Assembly: GCA_013334825.1 (NCBI GenBank)
Contig: JAAXWR010000001.1
Coordinates: forward strand, 11,769 to 75,768
Origin: Candidatus Yonathbacteria bacterium
GTDB taxonomy: Bacteria; Patescibacteriota; Minisyncoccia; Phycocordibacterales; JACNGX01
Direction: 5' to 3'
Length of the DNA stretch: 64,000 nucleotides
The notes under the pieces were generated by a model that was not told where the DNA came from, did no database searches, and saw only the letters and a program-made list of their open reading frames with translations. Below are positions 18,901-28,932 of this stretch, one piece after another. The position numbers and the translations under genes are program-made. Every line of letters begins with the position of its first letter. Position 1 is the first letter of the stretch.

Positions 18901-21778
18901 CGGAACGACCAATATCTTCACGATGGGTATTGACGATTCCGACTCCGACAAGTTCAAGATTTCCGGTGGCTCTGCTCTCGGCACGAACGACCGCCTTGTG
19001 ATTGATTCGTCGGGGAATGTCGGACTTGGCACCGCTGGTCCCGATCGTCGTCTCGATGTCCTCGATGCCACGAACCCTCAGCTCCGTCTCACCCATACCG
19101 ACGGCTCGATGTACACTGATTTTCAGACAACATCAGAAGGAGATATTACTGTCACCCCATCGGGCGGGGATTTAACATTTATAGGAAATATTCTCCCAGG
19201 TGGTACATCGGGTGCATATAATCTTGGTTCTGATACTGCACGATGGGGCGATTTTTATCTTGACGGTGAGACAATTCATATTGGTTCATCATTAACGGAT
19301 GAAGGAATTATCTCATATACGTCTGGAAATATTCTCTCTTTTGACACTGACACAACGACAGGTGGTGACATTGCCTTTTTTACTGATGATATTTATCTTG
19401 ATAAATCAACAGGATATGTAGGTTTGAGTGATACTACACCCGATCACACTCTTGATGTCGCAGGCAATATTGGACTTAACACTTCTTCATACATCAACTT
19501 TGGTGACACTGATGGCACCGATGGTTATGGTTTTCGTGATAATGGGGGAACACTTCAGTTCAAGCACAACGGTGGATCATGGACAAATTTTGGAGCATCA
19601 TCGTCCTCGGTGACCCCAAGGGATTTTTGGTCATTCAATCATTTTTATTATAACGGTGTTAGTTCAATGGATCCGTTTTTCGGAGCGGCGATTTCCTCGG
19701 GAACGATAGGTGCTCCGACTGCCGCATCAATGGCGAGTGGTAACCATCCGGGAGCGATTCTTGTCAGCAAAGCAGCAAGTACGACAGCGAACTCGGGATA
19801 TCGTATTACTGGACTCAGTACAGCGATGGTTTTGGGAGGAGGATATCTTTTTGAGGGGGTGATAAACGTGCGCACTCCCGCAGCAGGGACAAACACTATT
19901 TATCTTGGTTTTCATGACGCGACGAGTGTGACTGCTCCGGTGGACGGTGTGTATTTTGATATTGCGGGAACGACGGTAACAGGGCGTTCACGAGGAGGAT
20001 CTGCAACTCTTGCAACAGCGAGCACATACACAGTTTCTACTGGAAACACTGATTGGTATCGCTTTAGAATTGTCATTAATACAGCGGCAACGCGTGCGGA
20101 CTTTTATATTTATGATGACGCTGGCACGCAGGTGTGGACAGATTATGTCAGCGGAAACGCGGGCGATCTTCCAACGGCGACAGCAGACTTGCTCACCGCT
20201 GGATTTCTCGGGGTGAACTCTTCAACCACGGCAACTGCCTATGAAATTGCAAATGTCGATTATATGGGAATGGGAACAGTCGCGGGATATGATGCGTTTA
20301 CAACAGGCGGTTCTGGTCTTTGGACGGTGAATGGATCGAATGTGTATTATAATGCTGGTAATGTCGGTATTGGAACAACAGCACCTTCACAGGCACTTTC
20401 TGTTTCGGGGACATTGGGTATTATTGAAACAGGAACAACACCACAGTATTACAGTATCTTTCAAGGAGGTGACCAAGCTGGCAATATTACCTATACGTTA
20501 CCGACAGCTGTTGGTGGTGCAGGACAACAACTTACCGATGCAGCAGGTAATGGCGTGCTTTCATGGGCGGCAGCTGGTTCAACTCGCAATTTAAAAGATA
20601 TTGATGGATTAATCGAAGATCCGCAAGAAGCTCTTGAGACAATTTTGGAAACAAATATTTATGCCTTTCATTATAAGGAAGGTATGGGAACAGGAGACGC
20701 GCAAACACAATATGTTGGTGTTATGGCGGATGAAGCATCATGGGCAATGCACTATGATGGAAATGTAGTAAACCCTGTGAATACATTGGGGTATATGGTC
20801 CTTGGTATGCAAGCGACAAACAAACGCATTGATGACATTATTGCTGGGTTGGCATCAGTATCGGATAGTGGAGGGAATTCTCTTTCGGATACAGGAATGG
20901 CAGTATTGTATGCGCCAATTACCGCCATGCTCTCAAATGATCCAATGAATGGTATGCGAATTGCCTCAATACTCTCTTCGTTTATTGAAGGAGGGGATGT
21001 CGGTACGTCATTTTGGAATGTAGATGCTGTTACTGGTGTTATTTCACCTCTCGGATCTCTTGATATGGATGGGAATGGTGTGTATGATGTTGCGGAAATT
21101 ATTGGTATCGATGAATCATGGAGTGTTAATCGACAAGGACTTCTTACGGTGAATGGTCTCGTCGTACGGGGAGATATTGAGGTGGGAAGTCGTGAAAAAC
21201 CTTCGGGCATTACACTCTATGATGAAGTGACAGGAGAGCCGTATTGTCTCCGTATGGTTGCGGGAGTGATAGAGTCCACGCTAGGGACATGTGAAAGTTT
21301 ACGGGCGTCTTCATCTGATGGTGGTGATATGGGGGACATCACACCTCCCACCATTGTACTTCGAGGCAATAACCCCGCACGTATTGAAATTGGTGATGAA
21401 TACGGTGATCTTGGCGCAACAGTAACAGATGACAATGATGAATATCCAACACTGGAGATATATATTGAGGGTGAAAAAGTTGATACTGTTCATATTATGG
21501 CAAGAGAAGATGCGACGTATACTATTGAGTATGTTGCCTATGATGATGTAGGAAATACCTCAACCGTAACACGTACCGTGATTGTGGGGAATGGGAGTCC
21601 AGATGCTCAAGAAGAAAGCGAAGTTGAGGATGTTCCTTTAGTCGAAATACCTCCGGTAGCAGAGCCAGACCCCGAACCGTCAGTAGAAGAAGTGATTATT
21701 GATACAGAACCAATACCAGAACCAGTCAGTGGGTCTGGAAATGTTCTCTCAGATGAGCCACAAACTCTTCATGAATAA
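15902..21778 (+). CDS. Giant secreted fibre/adhesin-like protein (GNVGIGT repeats, S74-like chaperone domain, DUF5011-like Ig domain)
   Basis: Signal peptide; INYQGKL; multiple GNVGIGT repeats; STRNLKDI..YAFHYK..GVMA (S74-like); DITPPTIVLRGNNP (Ig-like); acidic Pro-rich tail. Confidence 0.8.
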   Translation: MYIPRTRYIVMFVTFLIGVSAFVVVRAAFNPEINYQGKLTNTSNVAVNNGDYNIRFRLYTVPSGGSPLWTETLCYSPDAGTTCDGTGVDNRPEISSGLFSVLLGAVSSLASVNFDQTLYLGVEIGGSSSTPTWDGEMTPRKKLGAVPAAFEAGRLDGIDSASFLRSDEPDTMAVTSASTALTITQSGTGDILNINDGASEVFTILDGGNVGIGTITPGQKLTVDGTLGILEGGTTPTYHTIFQGGDQAGDVTYTLPTAQAGGSGYVLSNNGSGILSWVAGGGGGGMAIGGAVTSGTLGSILFVDASGNLAQDNTNFFWNNTDKRLGIGTNTPNEALDVNGTIQAKKILFYDDTITGKTHSNISFSETEVSPTVTDLLLDSDTGTDFRFIMDHVYEIDFGTPPGGMSGFSNAITLGTTGTSSLRFNSGPQIYGGVGDALYLDSYHGTLVSNNSGDIVRFGTSSANTDTYFYGNVGIGTAVPDRRLDVLDATNPQLRLTYTDGSVYTDFQTTSAGDLYINPSGGSVGIGTALPTYPLEVSGGNLGAQMKITHSGVGYAPASILLEEETDFGRGQGIYQHSVPDGDSWFSGVPYGADGDLWGVFYKNDVVWDPSVASTAYSVLRVEKSGNIGLNTSAYLNWGEIGTSGYGLRDNGGVMQYKNSSGSWTNLSAGGGGMAIGSAVTSGTSGSVLFVDASGNLAQDNTNFFWNNTDKRLGIGTNTPAYDLDVAGSGYFRSKSGLSTVTESFEGVTFPPTSWTTGGDANWTRTTAEAQESAASANSGTITNSQIAWIDRDYTFTTTGEVKFYWKVSSETAYDYLLFCADNDLSCTDSSYTQRISGEVDWVEVTYVVSTPGVHSFRWVYSKDSGDPGVFPWSDEGWIDNVRFIESTGISGGNVFAEGYLSTGDSGVFIGSSTNDRGSILYDTTNNILAFDTDSVTNADVSFFSDNLYIDKSTEYIGIGDVTPDSVLDILSATASNTQLSIGNTNAGDYDPQIGFQLADGTTNIFTMGIDDSDSDKFKISGGSALGTNDRLVIDSSGNVGLGTAGPDRRLDVLDATNPQLRLTHTDGSMYTDFQTTSEGDITVTPSGGDLTFIGNILPGGTSGAYNLGSDTARWGDFYLDGETIHIGSSLTDEGIISYTSGNILSFDTDTTTGGDIAFFTDDIYLDKSTGYVGLSDTTPDHTLDVAGNIGLNTSSYINFGDTDGTDGYGFRDNGGTLQFKHNGGSWTNFGASSSSVTPRDFWSFNHFYYNGVSSMDPFFGAAISSGTIGAPTAASMASGNHPGAILVSKAASTTANSGYRITGLSTAMVLGGGYLFEGVINVRTPAAGTNTIYLGFHDATSVTAPVDGVYFDIAGTTVTGRSRGGSATLATASTYTVSTGNTDWYRFRIVINTAATRADFYIYDDAGTQVWTDYVSGNAGDLPTATADLLTAGFLGVNSSTTATAYEIANVDYMGMGTVAGYDAFTTGGSGLWTVNGSNVYYNAGNVGIGTTAPSQALSVSGTLGIIETGTTPQYYSIFQGGDQAGNITYTLPTAVGGAGQQLTDAAGNGVLSWAAAGSTRNLKDIDGLIEDPQEALETILETNIYAFHYKEGMGTGDAQTQYVGVMADEASWAMHYDGNVVNPVNTLGYMVLGMQATNKRIDDIIAGLASVSDSGGNSLSDTGMAVLYAPITAMLSNDPMNGMRIASILSSFIEGGDVGTSFWNVDAVTGVISPLGSLDMDGNGVYDVAEIIGIDESWSVNRQGLLTVNGLVVRGDIEVGSREKPSGITLYDEVTGEPYCLRMVAGVIESTLGTCESLRASSSDGGDMGDITPPTIVLRGNNPARIEIGDEYGDLGATVTDDNDEYPTLEIYIEGEKVDTVHIMAREDATYTIEYVAYDDVGNTSTVTRTVIVGNGSPDAQEESEVEDVPLVEIPPVAEPDPEPSVEEVIIDTEPIPEPVSGSGNVLSDEPQTLHE

Positions 21779-21969
21779 TGCGTGGTGTGGGGGGGGGAGA
21801 CATATATATGAATGTTTTTAAAGAATCTGTAAAAAAGATGATAGTGTACAGGTTATTCTTATGGCAGTTAGTGGGGGGAGCCTACGTCCAACTTCCCATA
21901 GTGATAGTACTATAATGCGATATATTTTTGGTATTGCGTTCGGGACTGTTTTCTGGTACCATTGCGTGC

Positions 21970-22476
21970 ATGAATACGAAAGATGCACACACTGAAGATG
22001 CGGACGTCCGGCTGTATGAGCTTGGATATATACTTGTTTCCGCTATCCCTGAAGAAAAAGTCGCTGCAGAAGTTGTGGCGATGAAAGATATTATTACCAA
22101 TAACGGTGGTACAGTACAGACAAGTGCCGACCCATCGCTTCGTGATTTGGCATACCCAATGTCAATTTCCCGTGAACACAAAAAGACAACGTATGTTGCA
22201 GGATATTTTGGATGGATTGTCTTTGATGGTACTGCAGATACGGCTCTCGCCGTAGAACAAGCTGCAAAAAAGAGTGATACAGTGTTGCGTCACCTTCTCA
22301 TTAAACGCCCGCCACTTAATGTGAATGCTTCTGCTAAGTCTCAAGCTCCCGGTGTCGGTGCACGCAAAGGCATCAAGAAAAAGAAAGAGGATGTGAATGA
22401 AGAAGAAATTGATAAGACGATTGAGGAACTCGTTGAAGGAAGCGTTGAGAATACTACAGAAAAAACAGAAGCATAA
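21970..22476 (+). CDS. rpsF: 30S ribosomal protein S6 with C-terminal extension
   Basis: LYELGYIL, RDLAYPM, VLRHLLIK; upstream of ssb. Confidence 0.88.
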   Translation: MNTKDAHTEDADVRLYELGYILVSAIPEEKVAAEVVAMKDIITNNGGTVQTSADPSLRDLAYPMSISREHKKTTYVAGYFGWIVFDGTADTALAVEQAAKKSDTVLRHLLIKRPPLNVNASAKSQAPGVGARKGIKKKKEDVNEEEIDKTIEELVEGSVENTTEKTEA

Positions 22477-22501
22477 CCTATAAGCTAATTATTTTATCAT
22501 T

Positions 22502-22972
22502 ATGTACATCAATAAAGTCTTTTTGTATGGAAATCTTACTCGTCAACCGGAACTACGTGTTTCGCCATCGGGTTCAAAAGTATGTTCATTTAGTATTGCG
22601 ACAAATCGTCGTTACAAAGATCAAACGGGTAACTGGAATGAAGCAAGCGAATACCATAGTTTGGTTGCCTTCGGAAGAAGTGCTGAACTCATCGCTCAAT
22701 ATCTGACTACAGGGAGCAGTGCGTTTATCGAAGGACGATTGCAGACGCGTAGTTGGGAAGGTCCTGATGGTAAAAAGAATTTTCGTACAGAAGTTGTTGT
22801 TGAACAAGTGCAATTTGGTCCTCGCCGTACGGGAGAAGGACAGCAGGGGGGTGGGTATCGTAAAGATGCTGGCTCCGCACAAAACGATAGCGGACAACCG
22901 ATGGCACACGAAGAACTTGATACTATCGAATACCCAACAGAAGATATTAATCCTGACGATATTCCATTTTAA
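22502..22972 (+). CDS. ssb: Single-stranded DNA-binding protein
   Basis: NKVFLYGNLTRQPELR, IEGRLQTRSW, tail DDIPF. Confidence 0.97.
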   Translation: MYINKVFLYGNLTRQPELRVSPSGSKVCSFSIATNRRYKDQTGNWNEASEYHSLVAFGRSAELIAQYLTTGSSAFIEGRLQTRSWEGPDGKKNFRTEVVVEQVQFGPRRTGEGQQGGGYRKDAGSAQNDSGQPMAHEELDTIEYPTEDINPDDIPF

Positions 22973-22985
22973 TTAGTAAATCAGT

Positions 22986-23375
22986 ATGATAGGAAATCAG
23001 GAGATAAGTAAGAAAGATAAAGAAAAGGTGTGCTCATATCGCTCTTTGATTGTATGGCAAAAAGGTTTCGAGGTATCTTTAGTTGTGTATCGCCTGACGA
23101 AGACATTTCCTGATGACGAGCGATATGGTCTCGTATCGCAAATGAGAAGAAGTGCAGTTTCTATTCCGTCGAATATTGCAGAAGGATACGCGCGAGGATC
23201 AAAAGCATCATTTCACCAATTTCTGAGAATCGCATACGGTTCAGCTGCTGAGCTTGAGACGCAATTATTATTAGCAAAAGAATTGAAATACCATAAAGAA
23301 ACAGACATTGAAGAATTGTTGATTGAGGTTATGAAGATGATTAACGCAATTCTTTCAAAAGGAAAATATACATGA
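22986..23375 (+). CDS. Four-helix-bundle protein (23S rRNA IVS protein family), copy 1
   Basis: YRSLIVWQKG, FPDDERYGLVSQMRRSAVSIPSNIAEG, GSAAELETQ. Confidence 0.92.
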   Translation: MIGNQEISKKDKEKVCSYRSLIVWQKGFEVSLVVYRLTKTFPDDERYGLVSQMRRSAVSIPSNIAEGYARGSKASFHQFLRIAYGSAAELETQLLLAKELKYHKETDIEELLIEVMKMINAILSKGKYT

Positions 23376-23419
23376 GTTATGTTTAGAGCCCGAGATATCT
23401 TCATAGTAATCTCATCATA

Positions 23420-23497
23420 TACTAACCTCCTAATCTCCTAGTTTACTAACTTCCTAACGTACTAACCTCCTAACTTACTAATCTTCTAACTTCCTAT
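23420..23497. repeat. Degenerate 8-mer tandem array (xxCTAAxx) flanking four-helix-bundle copy 1
   Basis: TACTAACCTCCTAATCTCCTAGTTTACTAACTTCCTAA...; complementary units at 22973-23012. Confidence 0.7.
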
Positions 23498-23499
23498 CC

Positions 23500-23697
23500 A
23501 TGCAATGCTACTTTACCGCAAATAATATTAAATACATCGATTATAAAGATGTAGAGACGCTCAAGAAATTTGTAAATCAACATGGGCGTATTCAAAATAG
23601 TCGTTATTCGGGTGTTTCGGCGAAGCATCAACGACAACTTGCAACGGCAATCAAGCGCGCTCGTTACATGGGACTTCTTGCATACGTTTCTCAATAA
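23500..23697 (+). CDS. rpsR: 30S ribosomal protein S18
   Basis: [31 protein letters not shown]. Confidence 0.96.
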   Translation: MQCYFTANNIKYIDYKDVETLKKFVNQHGRIQNSRYSGVSAKHQRQLATAIKRARYMGLLAYVSQ

Positions 23698-23711
23698 GAT
23701 ACAAAAGAAAA

Positions 23712-23742
23712 CAAAAACACGGACAGAGAGTCCGTGTTTTTG
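23712..23742 (+). terminator. Intrinsic terminator after rpsR
   Basis: CAAAAACACGGAC-AGAGA-GTCCGTGTTTTTG. Confidence 0.7.
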
Positions 23743-24020
23743 TTTTATGTTGTTTCATCAGTTGTTTTTTGGAACATAACTATGTTACAAAAGAGTTGAA
23801 AAACCAATACTCAGTCTCTTTTTTCGGGCGCGGACACGCACACTTCGTGTAACGGAGACGCTGCGGGAGAACTACGAATTCAGTAAAGTCTGTTTTTTAA
23901 ATTATTCCGTCTGTCACCCTCAACCCTCCCGTCCGTCATCCTAAACCCTCTCGTCTGTCATCCTGAACTTTTACCTTGTCGAAGGAAGGTGATTCAATAT
24001 CTTGCCGTTGCAAGCCATCG

Positions 24021-24070
24021 AAACATTAGGTTAAACCTAGCGGAATACCGCTAGGTTTAACCTAATGTTT
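24021..24070. repeat. REPIN-like doublet of the AGGTTAAACCT palindrome
   Basis: AAACATTAGGTTAAACCTAGCGG-AATA-CCGCTAGGTTTAACCTAATGTTT; near-identical copy at 32681-32732. Confidence 0.75.
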
Positions 24071-24110
24071 TTATTCGTACATTTGTGCATATTCGTTATT
24101 CGTAACCGTG

Positions 24111-25409
24111 TTATCTCTTTGCCCACTCTTCTTCTTGTCGCACAAGTAAATGAGAAGCTTGTTTTGGGTGTGCAAGAAGTGCTTTGACGATACGTTCCAT
24201 ACGGACACCTTGTGATCCTTTGACAAAAACAGTTGCCCCGTCAGGAATAAGATTTGATAGTTGTGTTGTCGCTTCTTGTGCGTCAGCAAATATGTGCATA
24301 TGTGCATGGTCTACACCTGCTTCCTGGGCGCCTTGTGCGAACAGCTTTGCATTGTCTCCAACAAAAATAAGTATATCGGCAGAGATGGCAGCGTCTTTTC
24401 CGGCGTCTTTATGTGCGGATTCCGTCATGTCTCCGAGCTCGCGCATGTCTCCCAAGATTGCAACTTTGATACCTGCGCTTGTGATATCGCGAAGTGTAGA
24501 AAGACCTGCGGCAACGGCGAGAGGGGACGCATTGTATGTGTCATCAATAAGACAGATGTTGCGTATGCCCTCAAGAAGATGTAATCGTCCTGGGGTAGGA
24601 CTGATATGGGAGAGACGCATAGCAGCGTCTTGAGGGGAAATACCTGCGGATACCCCAGCTGCAAAGGCGGCAAGCGCGGTATATGCGTGGTGCGCGCCTA
24701 TGGTGTGCGAAAGAGTAACGGGGTACATGTCGTCTTTGGTAATGAGTGAAAAAGCAAGACCAGACGGTATATTGTTTTCATACACAATATGTATGTTTTC
24801 TGCGCATACAGTATTCTCTGGATGTGTGCCATAGAGAATGACTGTCTTGTTGGAAAGCGTTTTCGCAAGAGGGGCAATACGTGTATCATCTCCGTTTAAA
24901 ATAGCTGTTCCCTCCAAGCGTAACGCATCAAGGAGAGATGCTTTCTCATGAAGGACAGCATCAACAGAAGGAAAAAACTCAACATGTACAGGAATGTCGC
25001 CGACGCGCGTGAGTATCGCGATATCAAGAGATATCCCCGCGAGTGAACGCGCGATATCCCCCGGATGATCAGCGCCGACTTCAAGGATAAGCCATGCGGG
25101 ATAGGGGGCACGAGAAATGACACGCAAGGCGCCTCTATAGAGGGTGAGCATCCACGCACGTGGGCTATTCCATCCTGTAGGCAAATCAAGAATGGTCAAA
25201 GGAACACCAAATTCACTGTTGAAACTTTTTTTGTTTTTTCGCACCGTATACGATTCTTTCATAATGTCATACAAGGCATCTTTCACGGATGTTTTTCCTA
25301 CACTTCCTGTAACGGCGATAATACGCGGACGATGTTTTTTGATAACGAGACGCGCCTCAAATGAAAGTATACTGATCACGATTTGTTTAATGAGTGTGCG
25401 AAGAGACAT
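24111..25409 (-). CDS. murF: UDP-N-acetylmuramoyl-tripeptide--D-Ala-D-Ala ligase
   Basis: AVTGSVGKTSVKD, SFNSEFGVPLT, IDDTYNASP, LGDMRELG, VKGSQG. Confidence 0.93.
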   Translation of the reverse strand: MSLRTLIKQIVISILSFEARLVIKKHRPRIIAVTGSVGKTSVKDALYDIMKESYTVRKNKKSFNSEFGVPLTILDLPTGWNSPRAWMLTLYRGALRVISRAPYPAWLILEVGADHPGDIARSLAGISLDIAILTRVGDIPVHVEFFPSVDAVLHEKASLLDALRLEGTAILNGDDTRIAPLAKTLSNKTVILYGTHPENTVCAENIHIVYENNIPSGLAFSLITKDDMYPVTLSHTIGAHHAYTALAAFAAGVSAGISPQDAAMRLSHISPTPGRLHLLEGIRNICLIDDTYNASPLAVAAGLSTLRDITSAGIKVAILGDMRELGDMTESAHKDAGKDAAISADILIFVGDNAKLFAQGAQEAGVDHAHMHIFADAQEATTQLSNLIPDGATVFVKGSQGVRMERIVKALLAHPKQASHLLVRQEEEWAKR

Positions 25410-25411
25410 AA

Positions 25412-25933
25412 TTACGCGTGATGAGAATGAGTAATGGGGGAGAGTAGTGTCGCGACAATAGCAACCAAAACAAAGCGTATCGAAGAAAGAAAGAGTATGG
25501 CGTACGGTATCATGCCAATGCGAGAGTCAAGCGTGAATGAGTCGGGAAGAAAAAGAAAAATGATTGATTCAACGACAAATGAGGTGAGCGCAATAATGAT
25601 GAGTGGACGATCAAGTCCGCGAGGTAAACGAAATCGTGTTCGTGTACACGAGCACATGTTATTGCTCAAGGAGAGAAGAAGGATAAACAGTATACCAATA
25701 TGGAGTGTCTGCGCGGTCATACCAAGCATGATATATGCGATGCCCGCAGAAAATATCATACGTCCTCCCACAGGGAAACTTTTCAAGACTTCTTTGCCAA
25801 ATGTTGTAGGAAGCCATGCAAAAAACGCTTTTGGGTCATATGCGCGCTCTTTCCATACGGTAGCAAAAATGACACTTTCATACAGCGCGGAAATACCGTA
25901 AAGCATAATAATCACCAAAAGAAGCATGTCCAT
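25412..25933 (-). CDS. Hypothetical membrane protein upstream of murF
   Basis: Several TM segments; TGcTATACT 7 nt before ATG; 2 nt from murF start. Confidence 0.7.
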   Translation of the reverse strand: MDMLLLVIIMLYGISALYESVIFATVWKERAYDPKAFFAWLPTTFGKEVLKSFPVGGRMIFSAGIAYIMLGMTAQTLHIGILFILLLSLSNNMCSCTRTRFRLPRGLDRPLIIIALTSFVVESIIFLFLPDSFTLDSRIGMIPYAILFLSSIRFVLVAIVATLLSPITHSHHA

Positions 25934-26301
25934 AGTGCCCAGTATAGCAAGTTTTTTCTCCTCAGGAAACGTAACATCTGTAATAAAAAATCGTCTATAC
26001 CAAGGTTAAACCTAATCTATACCAACATTAAGAGTTGGTATAAGAGTCGGCATTTTATACCAAGGTTTAACCTTGGGAGCATAATATTTCCTTGTTCCTG
26101 TCAAGTTTTGTATGATACAAATGTTTAACTTCAGTGTTTCTATTGTTTTATGAGTCCGCGTTCCATAAAAGGTTAGGTTGAAAGTAATATTTCTTTTTTG
26201 ATAGTTTGTGTTAAATGAACTATCTCACAGTGGCTGTGTGGAATTGAATTTCAAAATAGATTAAAAATCAGGGGGTATACTCCCCCCTGATATGAAACGT
26301 G

Positions 26302-26688
26302 TTATTGTTGAAAAGTTTCTACAATTTTTTCGAGAAAATTACATCGGAAATCTTTGTCGATAATCGTCACTCCTCTTTCTGAGGGTGAGGGAGCGCCTGT
26401 CAAAACGATGACTGAGGTGTTTTGACACATATGTTTTACCTCAATTGCCGTCTCGAGTTCACCTCTGGTAAGAAAAATCACCCCGCTATACTGCTCGTAG
26501 TCATCCGCTGACTGAGGACGCTCGGTGATAACTGTAACAGAAAATTCATTATCAAGATGTTCTTTGATAATCTCTGCCTGCTGGTTATAACACTGAGCAT
26601 CAGAAGGGTCTCTTCTGTCCATGAATCCCCAATCACCAAAATTGCAAATGAGGATGTTGCGCTGTACAGGTTTGTCTGCGTTTTCCAT
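26302..26688 (-). CDS. Hypothetical protein (weak receiver-like alpha/beta pattern)
   Basis: 128-aa ORF with own promoter-like region and downstream hairpin; VIVLTG motif. Confidence 0.55.
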   Translation of the reverse strand: MENADKPVQRNILICNFGDWGFMDRRDPSDAQCYNQQAEIIKEHLDNEFSVTVITERPQSADDYEQYSGVIFLTRGELETAIEVKHMCQNTSVIVLTGAPSPSERGVTIIDKDFRCNFLEKIVETFQQ

Positions 26689-26807
26689 AACGTCCTTTTC
26701 CTTTGTTTAATTTTTGATATTTTTGACGAAAAAACTTTATCATATAAAATACATCCCTGTCTGTCTTTTGTCAAGCACTCCGTCCGTGATATAAACTAAA
26801 AACTCAC

Positions 26808-27386
26808 CTACGCTCGTTCCACGTAACTCTTGGTCGTCGTATTGATGCGAATAACGTCGCCTTGTGCGATAAACATCGGTACGTTGATTGTAGCACCTGT
26901 CTCAACAGTTACTTCTTGCGTTGCGTTTTGCGCAGTGTTCCCACGCACCGCAGGCGTTGCTTCTGTTACTTTCAGGTCCACCTTGATTGGGGGATTGATA
27001 CCAATAATGCTTGCATCATCATCGCGACCAAACAACAGCGCTTCAAGTTCGCTGTTTTCTTTGACGAAGAGTAGTTTATCGGCAACGGTTTCAGAGGGAA
27101 GGGTAAAACGGTTTTTCGCGTCATCCTTTTTGTGGAACCAATATTCACCTTTACGCGGATCTTTGTAGAGATACACAATAGTTCCTTTTTCGATAATTGC
27201 TTCATCAAATGAATCGGACTGGTGAAATGTCTTATCCACTGTCTTACCCGAAATCATATTGCGCACCTTTGTTTGATTGGTCGCTTTTTGACGATTCTTC
27301 TTGGCGGTTTGGGAAAAAACCACTTCATAAGGCTGCCCGTCCATGACGAAGTAGGTGCCCACGGTGAGTTCATTGTAGTCTAACAT
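26808..27386 (-). CDS. efp: Elongation factor P
   Basis: DGQPYEV, PAVRGNTA, VETGATINVPMFIAQGDVIRINT..YVERA. Confidence 0.93.
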   Translation of the reverse strand: MLDYNELTVGTYFVMDGQPYEVVFSQTAKKNRQKATNQTKVRNMISGKTVDKTFHQSDSFDEAIIEKGTIVYLYKDPRKGEYWFHKKDDAKNRFTLPSETVADKLLFVKENSELEALLFGRDDDASIIGINPPIKVDLKVTEATPAVRGNTAQNATQEVTVETGATINVPMFIAQGDVIRINTTTKSYVERA

Positions 27387-27490
27387 TGTACAATAAAAAG
27401 ATTATGAATAAAGAAATGATTTAAAGAGAATTATACTCGCTTTGTAAGAGGAGATTAAAAATTAGGAGATTAAAAAAGCGAAAAACACCC

Positions 27491-27856
27491 TCAATGGTCT
27501 GAATATAACATAGTATTTAACATTTTCATAACTTCCTGAAGAAGGGTATCGGTTTCTTGATAAGCAGACAAAGGATAATCAAATATTTCCTTAGCGAGTG
27601 CGATTTGTGTTTCAGGTTCTGCACCAGAGGCATAAGCGATACGAAGGAAGTGATGAAATTCTTTTTTTGAGCCCCGAGCATATCCCTCTGCTATATTTGA
27701 AGGAATAGAGACAGACGAACGACGCATTTGGCTTGTGAGACCGAATCTTTCATCTGGAGGAAAAGACTGTGACAATTTGTATATTGATACGCTGAGTCGA
27801 AAACCTTTTTTCCAAGCGGTGATGTTTTGATAGGAACCTTTTATTGTGTCACTCAT
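27491..27856 (-). CDS. Four-helix-bundle protein, copy 2
   Basis: FPPDERFGLTSQMRRSSVSIPSNIAEGYARGS; flanked by inverted AGGAGATT repeats. Confidence 0.9.
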   Translation of the reverse strand: MSDTIKGSYQNITAWKKGFRLSVSIYKLSQSFPPDERFGLTSQMRRSSVSIPSNIAEGYARGSKKEFHHFLRIAYASGAEPETQIALAKEIFDYPLSAYQETDTLLQEVMKMLNTMLYSDH

Positions 27857-27888
27857 AGAAAGGATATTAATCTCCTAATCTCCTTTAA

Positions 27889-28932
27889 CTATTTCTCTTT
27901 CTGCTTCTCATCAAGCGCTTTTCCAATTGCTTTTGCAATCTCATTACCAATTTTTTTGTTTTCTTTCAAAAACTCACGCGCCGCGTCATATCCGCGACCA
28001 AGTTTTTCTTCACCATACGCATATGATGAACCAGATTTATCGACGATACCAAATTGCTCTCCCAACATGAGCATCTCGCCTTCACGAGAAATCCCTTCGC
28101 CATAAACAATGTCAAACTCCGTCTGACGGAACGGGGCTGCGACTTTATTTTTGACAATCTTTACACGTGTCCGTGACCCAATCACTTCATCACCCTTTTT
28201 TACTTGCGCGATGCGACGGATATCCACGCGTACCGAAGTATAGAATTTGAGTGCTTTGCCACCTGGTGTTGTCTCAGGATTGCCAAACATCACACCGATT
28301 TGCATGCGGATTTGATTGATGAAGATGACGACCGTTTTTGTCTTGTCTACGATGGCGGTCAATTTGCGAAGCGCTTGACTCATGAGACGAGCTTGTTTGC
28401 CGACATGTTGTGCGCCCATGTCTCCTTCGATTTCATCACGTGGGGTGAGTGCCGCGACAGAGTCAATGACAATCACATCCATTTTACCTGAACGTACCAA
28501 ACTCTCGGCAATTTCAAGCGCTTGTTCACCGTTGTCTGGTTGGGCGATGAGAAGCTCATTTGTTTTGACTCCCAATTTGCGTGCGTAATCAGGGTCCATG
28601 GCATGTTCCGCATCAATAAATGCACAGAGGCCACCTTTCTTTTGTGCTTCGGCGACAACATGAAGTGCGAGCGTTGTTTTTCCAGATGATTCTGGACCAA
28701 AAATTTCAATGATACGACCACGAGGGAATCCACCCACACCGAGCGCATGGTCAATACCGATGGATCCAGAAGGAATAACGTCCACGTCCACGCGTGGTTT
28801 GTCACCGAGTTTCATGATGGCACCTTCGCCAAATTTCGTCTGAATCGCTTTGATCGTATCAGCAATATCGGTGTTGCCGTCACGTGAGGGGATCTCTGGA
28901 CGGGCTACTTTTGCTTTTTTGGGTGCAGGCAT
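27889..28932 (-). CDS. recA: Recombinase RecA
   Basis: [34 protein letters not shown]. Confidence 0.99.
   Translation of the reverse strand: MPAPKKAKVARPEIPSRDGNTDIADTIKAIQTKFGEGAIMKLGDKPRVDVDVIPSGSIGIDHALGVGGFPRGRIIEIFGPESSGKTTLALHVVAEAQKKGGLCAFIDAEHAMDPDYARKLGVKTNELLIAQPDNGEQALEIAESLVRSGKMDVIVIDSVAALTPRDEIEGDMGAQHVGKQARLMSQALRKLTAIVDKTKTVVIFINQIRMQIGVMFGNPETTPGGKALKFYTSVRVDIRRIAQVKKGDEVIGSRTRVKIVKNKVAAPFRQTEFDIVYGEGISREGEMLMLGEQFGIVDKSGSSYAYGEEKLGRGYDAAREFLKENKKIGNEIAKAIGKALDEKQKEK

Noticed and set aside
15902-21778. Prophage tail-fibre gene
   Set aside because: It has a signal peptide, lies in a surface-protein operon, and no capsid, terminase or integrase genes are nearby.
23420-23497. 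Possible CRISPR array among the repeat clusters
   Set aside because: No 25-40-nt repeats separated by regular unique spacers, and no cas genes in the window.
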